64,000 nt of DNA. Origin: Chloroflexota bacterium (lineage in GTDB: Bacteria; Chloroflexota; UBA11872; VXOZ01). The position numbers and the translations under genes are program-made. Each line of letters starts with the position of its first letter. Positions within the stretch are counted from its first letter, which is position 1. The stretch covers positions 3,008,001 to 3,072,000 of the forward strand of contig OY760183.1 in NCBI GenBank assembly GCA_963663275.1, in the 5' to 3' direction. Of this stretch, positions 48,141 through 57,882 are shown one piece after another. The notes below the pieces were generated by a model. The model had not been told where the DNA came from and did not search any database. It worked only from the letters and a program-made list of their open reading frames with translations.

Positions 48141-49463
48141 ATGCTTGAAGAGCTATTGGCCAAAGCCGCGAAGACGGCTGACGTGGCGGAAGCGTTCCAC
48201 TATGAGTCCGCGGAACTGCCGATCTCCTTCGAGGCCAACCGCATCAAGTCCATCAACGCCCGCGAGTCCAGCGGCATGGCGTTGCGCATCGTCAAAGACG
48301 GGCGCATCGGGCTGGGCTACTCCTCCAAGCTGGGCGCGCCGGGCGATCTGGACGCGCTGGTGGCGAGCGCGGTGGAGTCCGCGCAATTCGGCGCGCAGGC
48401 GCGGTTCACGCTGCCCAGCGCCTACACCACTAACGGAGTCACCATCTTCGACCCGGACGTGGACGCGCTGACGCTGGATAATCTGGTGGCCCTTGGCGCC
48501 GAAGCGCTCGACCTGCTGCGCAATCACGATAAGGAATTCCTGTGCGACGTGGGCGCAAGCAAGCGCGTTTCCCGCATCCGCCTGCTCAATTCCCACGGCG
48601 GCGGCACCGATTACCGCAAGTCGGTGGTCTCTCTGGGCGGCAGCGTCAACCTGACCCGGGATGACGACATCCTGGACGTGTGGCACTACGCGGTCTCCTG
48701 CCGGACGGACGTGGATCCCCAGGCGGTAGCGCAACGCATCATCCAGCGGGTGGAAGACGCGCGGCAGCAAGGGAACGTGCAAACCAAGCACATGCCGGTG
48801 CTCTTCACGCCCCAAGGACTTGGCTCTACGCTGATGCTGCCGCTGCGGCAGGCGTTCAGCGGTAAGACCGTGCTGGAAGGCGCGTCGCCCTTGAGCGAGC
48901 GATTGGGCGAACAGGTGTTCGACGAGAAGCTGAGCGTCTACGACGACGGCACGCTCGCTTACGCCGTCGGTTCCTCACCCACCGACGACGAGGGCATTCC
49001 GCTGCGGCGCACGCCGCTGGTGGAGAACGGCCACGTGCGCACCTTCGTCTACGACCTGCAAACGGCGGGCCTGGCCGGCGCGGAGCCGACCGGGAACGGC
49101 GAACGCTCGGCGGACTCCTTGCCGTCCCCCGGCTATCACAACGTGGTCGTAACGCCCGGCGACGGCGGCAGCCTGGAAAACCTGATCGGCGGCATTGACG
49201 AAGGCATCTTGGTCGAGTACACCCTGGGCGCATCGATGGGCAATCTCTTCTCCGGCGACTTCTCCGGCAACGTGCACCTGGGCTACAAGATCGAGCACGG
49301 CAAACTGGCCGGCCGGGTGAAAGACACCATGGTGGCCGGCAATACTTATGACGCGCTCAAGAATATCGCGGCCCTCGGCAGCGAACCGGAATGGGTCGGC
49401 GGCAGTTTCTACGCGCCGCCAATCCTGGTGGCGGACCTGAGCGTAAGCACGCGGGAAGGCTGA
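48141..49463 (+). CDS. pmbA: TldE/PmbA protein
   Basis: Follows tldD; DDEG, TGNG, GDFS; lacks HExxH. Confidence 0.88.
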   Translation: MLEELLAKAAKTADVAEAFHYESAELPISFEANRIKSINARESSGMALRIVKDGRIGLGYSSKLGAPGDLDALVASAVESAQFGAQARFTLPSAYTTNGVTIFDPDVDALTLDNLVALGAEALDLLRNHDKEFLCDVGASKRVSRIRLLNSHGGGTDYRKSVVSLGGSVNLTRDDDILDVWHYAVSCRTDVDPQAVAQRIIQRVEDARQQGNVQTKHMPVLFTPQGLGSTLMLPLRQAFSGKTVLEGASPLSERLGEQVFDEKLSVYDDGTLAYAVGSSPTDDEGIPLRRTPLVENGHVRTFVYDLQTAGLAGAEPTGNGERSADSLPSPGYHNVVVTPGDGGSLENLIGGIDEGILVEYTLGASMGNLFSGDFSGNVHLGYKIEHGKLAGRVKDTMVAGNTYDALKNIAALGSEPEWVGGSFYAPPILVADLSVSTREG

Positions 49464-49582
49464 AGAGAGACAACACGTGGGAGCAAACGACGCAGGAGCT
49501 TTATCGCACCGTATTGGTTCTCATGGGTACTCTTTAATGGAGTAGCGCCTTCCGGATCTGGAATCGGCAATGTATAGTTTGG

Positions 49583-49612
49583 GTGACAAGTCATATCATG
49601 ATGTGATATACT
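49583..49612 (+). promoter_or_regulatory. hicAB promoter with inverted-repeat operator; leaderless
   Basis: GTGACA-18-TATACT, 6 nt before GTG; ATATCA-n5-TGATAT overlaps it. Confidence 0.6.
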
Positions 49613-49618
49613 TTCCTT

Positions 49619-49873
49619 GTGAGACGGAAGCATCGTAGAACACTGGCGGCGCTATTCCGCCGCCCTACGCAGTCAGGTATCCGCTGGGATGACATTGAGT
49701 CGCTGCTATTGGCCTGCGGAGCCTACGTGGAGGAGCGGAGCGGCTCCAGGGTGTATATCGAGTTGAACGACATTGTTGCGCACTTTCACCGACCGCATCC
49801 TGAAAAAGAGGTGAGAAAAGGCGCGGTAGAGGCCATGAGGAAATATCTGAGCAAGGCGGGGGTCGAGCCATGA
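49619..49873 (+). CDS. hicA: HicA-family toxin
   Basis: I.W.DIESL...G....GSRV...HRPHP.KE. Confidence 0.9.
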   Translation: MRRKHRRTLAALFRRPTQSGIRWDDIESLLLACGAYVEERSGSRVYIELNDIVAHFHRPHPEKEVRKGAVEAMRKYLSKAGVEP

Positions 49874-50199
49874 TGAAGTACAAGGGATACAACGCGGCCG
49901 TGAGTTTCGACTATGCGGCGGGTGTCTTCCACGGCGAGGTGGTAGATACACGCGACGTCATCGTCTTTGAGGGAGACTCCGTGGCGCAACTGGAAAGAGA
50001 GTTTCGGTTCTCGATTGACGATTACTTGGCGGTCTGCGCCGAAAGAGGCAGGACGCCGGACCGGCCTTTCTCGGGGCGAGTTCCGCTGCGCTTGTCGCCG
50101 GATGTTCATCGCGCCGCCACGTCCGCGGCAAAGTCGGAAGGCAAGAGCCTGAACGCATGGCTGTCCGAAACGATCAAGAGAGCGGCAATAGGCTCATAG
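49870..50199 (+). CDS. hicB: HicB-family antitoxin
   Basis: MKYKGY..F.G..DV..F.G..DDYL..C..FSG...LR....H..SLN.W; ATGA overlap with hicA. Confidence 0.92.
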   Translation: MMKYKGYNAAVSFDYAAGVFHGEVVDTRDVIVFEGDSVAQLEREFRFSIDDYLAVCAERGRTPDRPFSGRVPLRLSPDVHRAATSAAKSEGKSLNAWLSETIKRAAIGS

Positions 50200-50260
50200 C
50201 GCATCTCTTTCCGCGCACCTTGAGCAGTTACTTTGCAAGGCGTATACAGGAGACCGACCA

Positions 50261-51106
50261 ATGGCGGCAGGCGGCACGGGTGAACACCAACGCGGCGCAT
50301 TCCTCGACGGGCTATTCGGCCTGGACGGAGAAGTGGCGGTGGTTGGCGGCGGCACGGGCATTCTGGGCGGCGTGATCGCCGAGTATCTCGGCGCGGCCGG
50401 CGCAAAGGTGGCGGTGCTGGGGCGCAACCAGGAGCAGGGCCAGCGCCGGGTGGAGACCATCACGGCTGGCGGCGGCGAGGCAATTTTCGTGCCCTACGTC
50501 GCTACCGACGCCGCCTCGGTCGCGGAGGCCCATGCGCGTGTGCGGGAAGCGTTCGGCGCGGTGACGGTGACGGTGAACGCCGTGGGCGGCAACCAGCCGT
50601 CGGCGGTCGTCAGCCCGGATCAGGCTTTCGAGGAGATTACGCTGGACGCCGTGCGCGACAATCTCGACCTCAATCTCACGTCGGCCTGGCTCGCCTGCCG
50701 GGAATTCGGGCCGGCGATGCTCGCCAACGGGCGCGGCAGCGTGATCAACATCGGCTCCATGGCCGGCGGCGAACGGCCTCTCTCGCGGGTGCCGGTCTAC
50801 GCTATCGGCAAGTCGGGCGTGGCCACCCTGACGTACTTCCTGGCGCGGGAGTGGCAAGGCACGGTGCGGGTCAACATGATCGTGCCCGGCTTCTTCGAAA
50901 CCACCCAGAACCGCGCCCTGCTGCGCAACCCGGACGGCAGCCTGAGCGAACGCGGCGCGCAAATCGTCGAACACACCCCCATGGGCCGCTTTGGCGAACC
51001 GGAGGAAGTCGGCGGCGCGGCGGTCTACCTCGCGTCCCAGGCCAGCGCCTTCACCACCGGGCTGGCCTTCGTCATCGACGGCGGCTTCTCGGTGCAGTCG
51101 ATCTGA
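50261..51106 (+). CDS. Short-chain dehydrogenase/reductase
   Basis: VVGGGTGILG, NAVGG, YAIGK, RVN.I.PG, TPMGRFG, IDGG. Confidence 0.92.
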   Translation: MAAGGTGEHQRGAFLDGLFGLDGEVAVVGGGTGILGGVIAEYLGAAGAKVAVLGRNQEQGQRRVETITAGGGEAIFVPYVATDAASVAEAHARVREAFGAVTVTVNAVGGNQPSAVVSPDQAFEEITLDAVRDNLDLNLTSAWLACREFGPAMLANGRGSVINIGSMAGGERPLSRVPVYAIGKSGVATLTYFLAREWQGTVRVNMIVPGFFETTQNRALLRNPDGSLSERGAQIVEHTPMGRFGEPEEVGGAAVYLASQASAFTTGLAFVIDGGFSVQSI

Positions 51107-51264
51107 GGTACTGCGGCACCACCATGCTTCCAAGAGTTCCCGCTTTAGTTGGTCCACTCAGTTGCTAGTGTATAGTCCAATTTGGCCAGAAACTTATCTT
51201 GGACCATTCCGCTCTTTCTGACTAGACTCTTTTTGTCTTGGGTCTGATGCTGAGAAGAAACCCA

Positions 51265-51918
51265 CTAATGCGAACGCCACTCACGCCCAATAAATCCATA
51301 CACCTTTTCCCAAAAGAACTGCCTAGCATGCCGACCATCGGGAACCTCATCAGGGTTGAAGCGAGGTTTTGCTCTCTCGTAACTTGCTGGTGACCAAATC
51401 CCCGTTGAGTTTGTGCTAGGCCGCGGTATCGAAGAAGGATTCCTTCGCCTTCCGCTGGTCATTTTCGGAGATGAGTTTGACAATACCGATGAACTTACGC
51501 TAGGCTCCGGTATCGAAGAAGGATTCCTCTGCGTGCTGCTGGTCTTCTTCAGAGATGAGTTTGACAATACTGATTTCTCATGTTGTTGATCCTTGGCATG
51601 CTCCGAGCGCTGGCGGTCGCTTCTGGATTTCGTGACTTCAGTTTTGTCCTCACTCTTGGTGGCGGGCACTAAAGACCGCAGCAACAACCAAGGTATCGGT
51701 ATGGCGAGCATGGCCCACGGGTTGAAGATCGCCGCGAGCGCTAGTGTCCCGACTGCAAATAGCAAGATGGGAACCCATCGGTCAGACCCTTTAGCTGCAA
51801 CTGCCCATTTCCCCAACGCAAACAGAGCTATCACGTTGACCACAGACCATGGGCCGAAAGACTGCCAGAGGATGTATGAACCGATAGCAGAAGTCGCAAA
51901 CAGAGTGAGCCTTATCAT
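51265..51918 (-). CDS. Hypothetical membrane protein with Ser-rich 28-aa duplication
   Basis: N-terminal TMs; 84-bp direct repeat; GAGGGAG RBS; lower GC. Confidence 0.6.
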   Translation of the reverse strand: MIRLTLFATSAIGSYILWQSFGPWSVVNVIALFALGKWAVAAKGSDRWVPILLFAVGTLALAAIFNPWAMLAIPIPWLLLRSLVPATKSEDKTEVTKSRSDRQRSEHAKDQQHEKSVLSNSSLKKTSSTQRNPSSIPEPSVSSSVLSNSSPKMTSGRRRNPSSIPRPSTNSTGIWSPASYERAKPRFNPDEVPDGRHARQFFWEKVYGFIGREWRSH

Positions 51919-52173
51919 ATCTGCTCCCTCTATTCAGGTGCTCCGCACACAATCACAGTTTCTGCGTGAAGTATGCCACTATCAATGCAGCGGGGTCAAT
52001 ACCAGCCGGCCGACTCGGAGGCTGAGAATGCTCTCCAAATGGGGCTGCCTTTCATGTACTAATCTGCTTTTCAGTAGGTAGAGTGCGCCTTTTAGATTTA
52101 CTAATGGGAGGCTGGTGTCTCATTGACGGATGTTTTCTTGGTTGCCTATAATCATAGTGTGGCGTTACCACAA

Positions 52174-52261
52174 GCCGAAGTGGCGGAATTGGAAGACGCG
52201 CTAGCTTGAGGGGCTAGTGGGCATTACGCTCGTAAGGGTTCGAGTCCCTTCTTCGGCACCA
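52174..52261 (+). tRNA. tRNA-Leu (anticodon GAG)
   Basis: GCCGAAG acceptor stem, CTAGC-TTGAGGG-GCTAG anticodon arm, long variable arm, GGTTCGAGTCC, encoded CCA; TTGACG-18-TATAAT upstream. Confidence 0.96.
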
Positions 52262-52426
52262 CAGCATTACCGGCAGAAAAACCCCCACCCGCGAATCCTC
52301 GCTAGCAGGAGAATAAACTCCCTCTCCCTGGGGAGAGGGCCGGGGTGAGGGGGAATCAGAGAGACTCCTGCATCTCTACGCCCTGAAGCGCCGCGTGCAC
52401 CGCACCGGCCTGAGAGCGCCCGCCCC

Positions 52427-53140
52427 TTAGCGCGCCGTGAAGAGCAGCCGGCCGCAGTTATCGCAGTAGACGAGTTCCTGGCTCTGCTGTGCACGGCGCA
52501 GTTGCGTATCCGGCAGCGCGATATGGCAGAAGGTGCAGCGGCCCTGCGAAACGGCTACCAGCACCTGACCGCCCAGGCGCGCCCGCAGCGACTCGTACGT
52601 CGCCACCAGGGCGCGGTCGTTCTGTTCCCGCAAACCGGCCCGGTCCGCTTCCCGCGCCGGGACTTCCCCCGCCAATTCTCGCAGCCGCGCGCCCCACTCC
52701 TTCCGCTTGGCGGCGAACGCGGTTTCGAGCGATTCGAGCCGCTCGTGCTGCGCGGCGCGAGCCTCTTCGGCCTCCTCCGCGGCCACCATGGCCTGCAAGG
52801 CGCGGTCTTCCCGCACGGAACGCTGTTGCATCAGTTGATCGATGTCGGCCTGCAGGGCTTCCAACTCTCGCGAGCTTACCACGCTGCCGCTGTAGAGGCG
52901 CTGCGACTTCCGCTCTACCTCGGCGGTAAGGGTTGCCAGGGCGAGTTCGGCATCGCGCAAGACGACGCTCGTTTGCTCCTGGGTCCTGGTCAACGACGCC
53001 AGCAACCGCCGCGCCGTTTCGATTTCGCCCTGATCGGCCAGAGCGGCCTCCAGGCGCGCCGACTCCGCGCGGAGAGCGTCTAACTGTAGATCTACCGCCT
53101 GCAATTGTTGCAGGCTGCCAAACGCGAGTGGAGGCATCAC
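52427..53140 (-). CDS. Coiled-coil protein with C4 zinc ribbon (DUF164/zf-RING_7 type)
   Basis: LQQLQAVD start, long coiled coil, CTFCH..CDNCGRLL. Confidence 0.85.
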   Translation of the reverse strand: MMPPLAFGSLQQLQAVDLQLDALRAESARLEAALADQGEIETARRLLASLTRTQEQTSVVLRDAELALATLTAEVERKSQRLYSGSVVSSRELEALQADIDQLMQQRSVREDRALQAMVAAEEAEEARAAQHERLESLETAFAAKRKEWGARLRELAGEVPAREADRAGLREQNDRALVATYESLRARLGGQVLVAVSQGRCTFCHIALPDTQLRRAQQSQELVYCDNCGRLLFTAR

Positions 53141-53565
53141 GCCGATCCTCTGCCAAGACTTCCGGTTCCCCTGCCATTATACAGTTCTCATCACCGTTGG
53201 AGTGTGCTATGCTCTCTGGGAGCGGATAGCGCGCCGGCCCGCGCCGTCGTGCCGTCCCGCGCCGGGCAGCCTGGGCAGGGCGGAACTACCCCCTGCGAGG
53301 GAGGCTGAGCGCCCCGCACGTTGGCGCGCGGCCGCAGCGGACCGGGCAAGAGCGGAGAGCGGCCACGTGGGCCGAGCGAAACGGCGGGCGATACTCGGCG
53401 CGTCGAGGCGCAAGCGGCATCGTGCCGCGCGACTGGACGGGCCGCTTGTGATTCTCGTATTGTTGGCATACCATTGGTAGACGACACTCGAAAACTGGGA
53501 GATCGACCACACGCGACAAAGCGCGCCATAGTCGGCGGCGCCGGCTGGAGCATACAGGAGGAACC

Positions 53566-54489
53566 ATGAGACGGCTGCAGATTCCATATATCTACCGGAT
53601 TGCGATCCTGAGTCTTGCCCTGCTCATCGCGGGCGCGGCCTGTGGTGTGCAAGAGCAAGAGGCAAGAGAAACGGACTACAGAGCCGATCCCGGCTTGGTA
53701 GCCACGGCGCAAGCCCGCGCCATCGCCGAGGCGGAAGAGAGTAGACGCGACTTGCCGTTGCGCATGGAAGTGAGCGGCGCGGCGGAAGACTCCGAGGTGA
53801 GCTTGGCGCTGAACTCCCACAAGGGATCCGTGTTCGTAAACGGTCGCCGCATGGCTCCGCCCTCGGCCTTCGGCGGCAATACCTTCGTCGTCTGGATCGG
53901 CAACGACGACGGCGGTACGCTCAGATTCGAGAACGGCGGCGCGCTCATCGCCGACATCTCGCGCATCGCCACCCTCTGGACCTATACCACGTTCGATACG
54001 GTGAAAGCGGTCTACGTGACCGCCGAAGAGCACGCCATGGTGGAAACGCCGTCAATCTCCATCGAGGACTCGCCCATGAAACTTATCCTGTCGCGGCCGA
54101 TGCTCATGCGACCGGGCAGGACGTTCCAATTGCAGCCCGCCGAGATTAGCGGCGACGTGAGTACGATTGTGCGCGTCGGCGTCAACGGCGGCCTATCCAT
54201 CACTTTCTCCGGCCTCAAGCAGCCCCGCGAGTACGGCGATAAGTTCCTGCTGCTGTGGGTGCTGGATACGCTGAGCGAAGAACCCACAACCTACAATGGC
54301 TCGTGGCTGACGGTAACGCCAAACGGCGATTCCCAGATCGTCATGCCGACGCCGCCTGAAACCAAGGGCATGAGGCAGTATAACCGCTTGCTCATTACCG
54401 CCGAGAACCTTACGGACGTGAGGGGCCCCAACGACCAGTTGGTCATCTTCACGCTGGATAGCGCAACCCCGTTCTGGGAGACGATCTAG
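53566..54489 (+). CDS. Hypothetical lipoprotein
   Basis: GAAC lipobox, AGGAGG RBS; two internally similar halves ending V.AVYVTAE / RLLITAE. Confidence 0.65.
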   Translation: MRRLQIPYIYRIAILSLALLIAGAACGVQEQEARETDYRADPGLVATAQARAIAEAEESRRDLPLRMEVSGAAEDSEVSLALNSHKGSVFVNGRRMAPPSAFGGNTFVVWIGNDDGGTLRFENGGALIADISRIATLWTYTTFDTVKAVYVTAEEHAMVETPSISIEDSPMKLILSRPMLMRPGRTFQLQPAEISGDVSTIVRVGVNGGLSITFSGLKQPREYGDKFLLLWVLDTLSEEPTTYNGSWLTVTPNGDSQIVMPTPPETKGMRQYNRLLITAENLTDVRGPNDQLVIFTLDSATPFWETI

Positions 54490-54517
54490 GCGCGCAGGCG
54501 CACCGAGGTACGCACCG

Positions 54518-55780
54518 ATGGCAACACTTCCCCGCATGGTTCACGTGCGGCAGCGCTTCCCTACGGATCAGATCGACGACCTGCCCGGCACAATTCGCGC
54601 CGAACTGGGGCGGGTAGGGTTGGAAAACGTCATCCGGCCCGGCATGGAGGTGGCCATTACGGCCGGCAGCCGGGGCATTACCCGCATTCCGGAGATCATC
54701 CGCACGGTGGCGGATGCGGTTAAGGCCGCCGGCGCGACGCCCTTCATCGTGCCCACCATGGGCAGCCACGGCGGCGCGATTGCCGAAGGCCAGGCCGCCG
54801 TGCTGCGCGACTACGGCATCACCGAGGAAGCCACCGGCGCGCCAATCCGCGCCACGATGGACGTGGTGGACGTGGGCAAGACCGCCAACGGGGCCACAGT
54901 CTACTTCGACCGCAACGCCTACCACGCCGACGCCGTAATCGTGGCGGCGCGGGTGAAGCCTCACACCAGCTTTCGCGGCCCGGTGGAGAGCGGCCTCTGC
55001 AAGATGATTACCGTGGGCCTGGGCAAGCAGAAGGGCGCGGAGCAGATGCACGCCCACGGCCTGGCGGAGACCATCCCCCAAGCCGCCGCCATCGCGATCG
55101 AGAATTCGAATATCGTGCTCGGGTTGGGCGTCGTCGAAAACGGCTACGACCAGCCGCACACGATCAAAGCGGCGCTGGCGCAGGACATCTACGCGGTTGA
55201 TGCAGAGCTACAAACGCTCTCCAAGACCCTGCTGCCCCGGGTGCCGTTCGACGAACTCGACCTGCTCATCGTGGACGTGATGGGGAAAAACATCTCCGGC
55301 GCGGGGATGGACCCGAACGTCATCGGGCTGAACCGGGGCATGACCATGGACCGGCATCCCAACTACCAGCGGGTGCTGGTGCGCGACCTGACGCCGGAAT
55401 CACACGGCAACTCGGTGGGCATCGGCCACGCCGACTTCGTGACGAAACGCCTGGCCGACAAGATCAACTACTACGACCTCTACATGAACGCCCTCACCGC
55501 CAACAACCCGGCGGTCGCGAAAATTCCCATCACCCTGGAGAACGACAAGGTTGCCGTCGAGACGGCCTTCAAGTCCGCCTGCGCCGGCGCGGCGGAACCG
55601 CGCGTCGTCCGCATCTACAGCACGCTCCACCTGGAATACCTCCTCTTCTCCGAGGCGCTCATCCCGGCGGCGCGGGAGAACCCCAACCTGGAAATCCTCG
55701 ACGCGCCGTATGACTGGAATTTCGACGCCAGAGGCAACCTGGTCGACGAGGGACTGCTCCACCAACCGCAGAGCGCCTAG
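54518..55780 (+). CDS. LarA N-terminal (lactate racemase-like / DUF362) domain protein
   Basis: VAITAGSRGI, MGSHGG, RVKPHT.F.G..ESGL.KM, GKNISG.GMD.NV. Confidence 0.82.
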   Translation: MATLPRMVHVRQRFPTDQIDDLPGTIRAELGRVGLENVIRPGMEVAITAGSRGITRIPEIIRTVADAVKAAGATPFIVPTMGSHGGAIAEGQAAVLRDYGITEEATGAPIRATMDVVDVGKTANGATVYFDRNAYHADAVIVAARVKPHTSFRGPVESGLCKMITVGLGKQKGAEQMHAHGLAETIPQAAAIAIENSNIVLGLGVVENGYDQPHTIKAALAQDIYAVDAELQTLSKTLLPRVPFDELDLLIVDVMGKNISGAGMDPNVIGLNRGMTMDRHPNYQRVLVRDLTPESHGNSVGIGHADFVTKRLADKINYYDLYMNALTANNPAVAKIPITLENDKVAVETAFKSACAGAAEPRVVRIYSTLHLEYLLFSEALIPAARENPNLEILDAPYDWNFDARGNLVDEGLLHQPQSA

Positions 55781-56091
55781 GCTGCCGTATCGGGACGCTC
55801 ACCTTTTGCGTGAAGTGAAGCGGTATTGGGCATCACTCTCAGCCCCGTCTTCAATCTGCTGTGACCGCACTTCGACTTTGCCGTTCTAAGTGGCCTGGCG
55901 TCTACTCTTGAACTACACAGTATGATGGGACCCTCGCACATTGCATGATTCCAGATCGCATTGAATTGCACAGAGAGGATAGCCAAGCGGGTACCTTGCT
56001 TCATACAGCAGGTACTCATGGGTAGCTTGCCGGTGTACAATGGAGAGTGTGCGCCTACGCATTCGTGTGTACTCAAGAGGGGACGAGGGCC

Positions 56092-56349
56092 ATGCAACCA
56101 GCGACTCTCGAGTCTAACATCGCTGCCTTCGAGGCTCAGCGAGGGCAGTTAGAGTGTGAGCACTTAGGTAAGTGGGTAGTTTTCTACAACGAAGAGTTGA
56201 TTGGCATCTACGAAGACCTTGAAGATGCAGCGCAAGCAGCACTGGATAGGTTCGGAAGAGGCCCTTATCTCATACGGCAGATCACAAATACGCCAACGCG
56301 GCTCCCAATCTCTTTGACGATCGGCGGGGGCCAGAATGCCGCCCACTAA
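56092..56349 (+). CDS. DUF5678-like small protein
   Basis: N.AAF......L...H.GKWVV....LIG....EDA......FG..P.LIRQI. Confidence 0.7.
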   Translation: MQPATLESNIAAFEAQRGQLECEHLGKWVVFYNEELIGIYEDLEDAAQAALDRFGRGPYLIRQITNTPTRLPISLTIGGGQNAAH

Positions 56350-56788
56350 CGCGGGCTTTATCAACAAGAGCCTGCTCATGCAACATGGTCCCACGCTGTG
56401 GGTTCAGGTCGGATTTGACGTCAACTACAGGGCTGGAGGTGTGCCTGAACTGCCGGGTGACGAATTGCCGGCGCTCATTGATTCGGGCGCTCTGCAAAGC
56501 TGCATTGATCTTGATCTTGCAGTTCGTTTAGGGCTTCTCAGGGTGGATGTCCTTCCAATCATTGGCGTACATGGCGCACAAGACACACCATTCTACATAG
56601 CGCACATTCGCGTGCCGGCATTGCGGCTAACTCGGCGTGGCAAGTTAGCGGGTCTGCCGTTGCAGCGGAGTGGCTTTTCCCACTCAGTCTTGCTGGGGCG
56701 GGATTTCTTAGCCAACGTCAACATGCTGTATCTCGGCGACGTAGGCTCGGTAGAAGTCACTCTGGCAGGCGAGCAGCCTTCTCGCTGA
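56336..56788 (+). CDS. Retropepsin-like (clan AA) aspartyl protease
   Basis: ALIDSGA catalytic motif and LLGRDFL. Confidence 0.85.
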   Translation: MPPTNAGFINKSLLMQHGPTLWVQVGFDVNYRAGGVPELPGDELPALIDSGALQSCIDLDLAVRLGLLRVDVLPIIGVHGAQDTPFYIAHIRVPALRLTRRGKLAGLPLQRSGFSHSVLLGRDFLANVNMLYLGDVGSVEVTLAGEQPSR

Positions 56789-56904
56789 GTGCCCCCCATC
56801 TATTCCAAGTGGGAAATTTCCCGTGTCAAGCCAGGATTGCACGCCACTATTCGACCTGTACCGCGAGAATCGGGTACGCGGCATGATATACTGGACATGT
56901 ACAC

Positions 56905-57264
56905 GGGGATGAGTGGATTCGACAGGGTTGGGAGGCCTGAAACTGCGAGCCGAGGCGCTATCACCCTCGTTAATCAGATAGCAACTTTCTTAAGTGCCAA
57001 CAAGCACGATTTTGCTCTCGCGGCTTAACTAAAGCTGTGACGTCCACCCCCGCTTCCTCCGGCGAGCGCGGCTTGGGCGACCTATCAGCCGGGGCGCCGC
57101 GGTTAGCCAGCCTTCGGCGACCGCGAAAGACAAACGGAGGCTAGTCGTCAGGGTTTTTCGTCCGCTCGTGCCCTGAAGGCGAAACCCAAAAGCGGTCTAC
57201 GCTCGTAGAGGTTACAGGAAGAACATCTCTGGACGGGGAGTTCGACTCTCCCCCATCTCCACCA
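56905..57264 (+). ncRNA. ssrA: tmRNA; tag peptide ANKHDFALAA
   Basis: GGGGATGA..GGATTCGAC 5' end; GTTCGACTC..ATCTCCACCA 3' end; tag ORF 56996-57028. Confidence 0.96.
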
Positions 57265-57309
57265 AAGACAACACTACTCATCTGTAAATTGTAGAAAGAG
57301 AGCGCTAAC

Positions 57310-57606
57310 GTGATTACGGTTTCGGATATGGCGGCGGCGGAGTTGCTGCGGCTGATGGCGGATAACGACCTGGCGGACGCCAAGCTGCGCATCTTCGTGC
57401 AGAGCGAGTGCGGCTGCGGCAAGGTGAACTTCGGCATGGGCTTCGACCAGGAAGTCGAAGACAACGACCAAGTGGTGGATTCCGCCGGCGTCGGCGTGGT
57501 GATGGACCCGCAGGCGTTCGCGGCGCTGGACGGCGCCGCGGTGGAGTACGTGAACGAGGGCGCCCGCCGGGGCTTCAAGATAAGCGGGGTGGATGCCGCT
57601 GGCTGA
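57310..57606 (+). CDS. HesB/IscA-like Fe-S cluster assembly accessory protein (may extend to 57621 via Sec)
   Basis: ITVSD.AA..L, LRIFV..CGCG, F.MGFD, VVMDP, L.GA.VEY, GFKI. Confidence 0.85.
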   Translation: MITVSDMAAAELLRLMADNDLADAKLRIFVQSECGCGKVNFGMGFDQEVEDNDQVVDSAGVGVVMDPQAFAALDGAAVEYVNEGARRGFKISGVDAAG

Positions 57607-57882
57607 GGCGGCGGATCCTAGAGAGCCCGTGCCGGCTCTCACCATCGTAATAGTGGACGATGCGGGGCGTTCCGCGCTTCCTGGTTAGCCAGGGAGGCGG
57701 AGCGCCCCTCTTGTTTTGCCTGGAGTCAGCGAGTCTGTGCCGCGCGGCGATCCGCGCGCAGGTGTGCGCTGTACCCTCACGGGGCGCTCGCGCGGGCTGC
57801 TCCCGCGGGATTGCCAAACTCTCATCCCCGATTTGCGGTACAGTGGAGGGGGAACCATCCGGTAGTTGGGGGCAGAGAGCCA

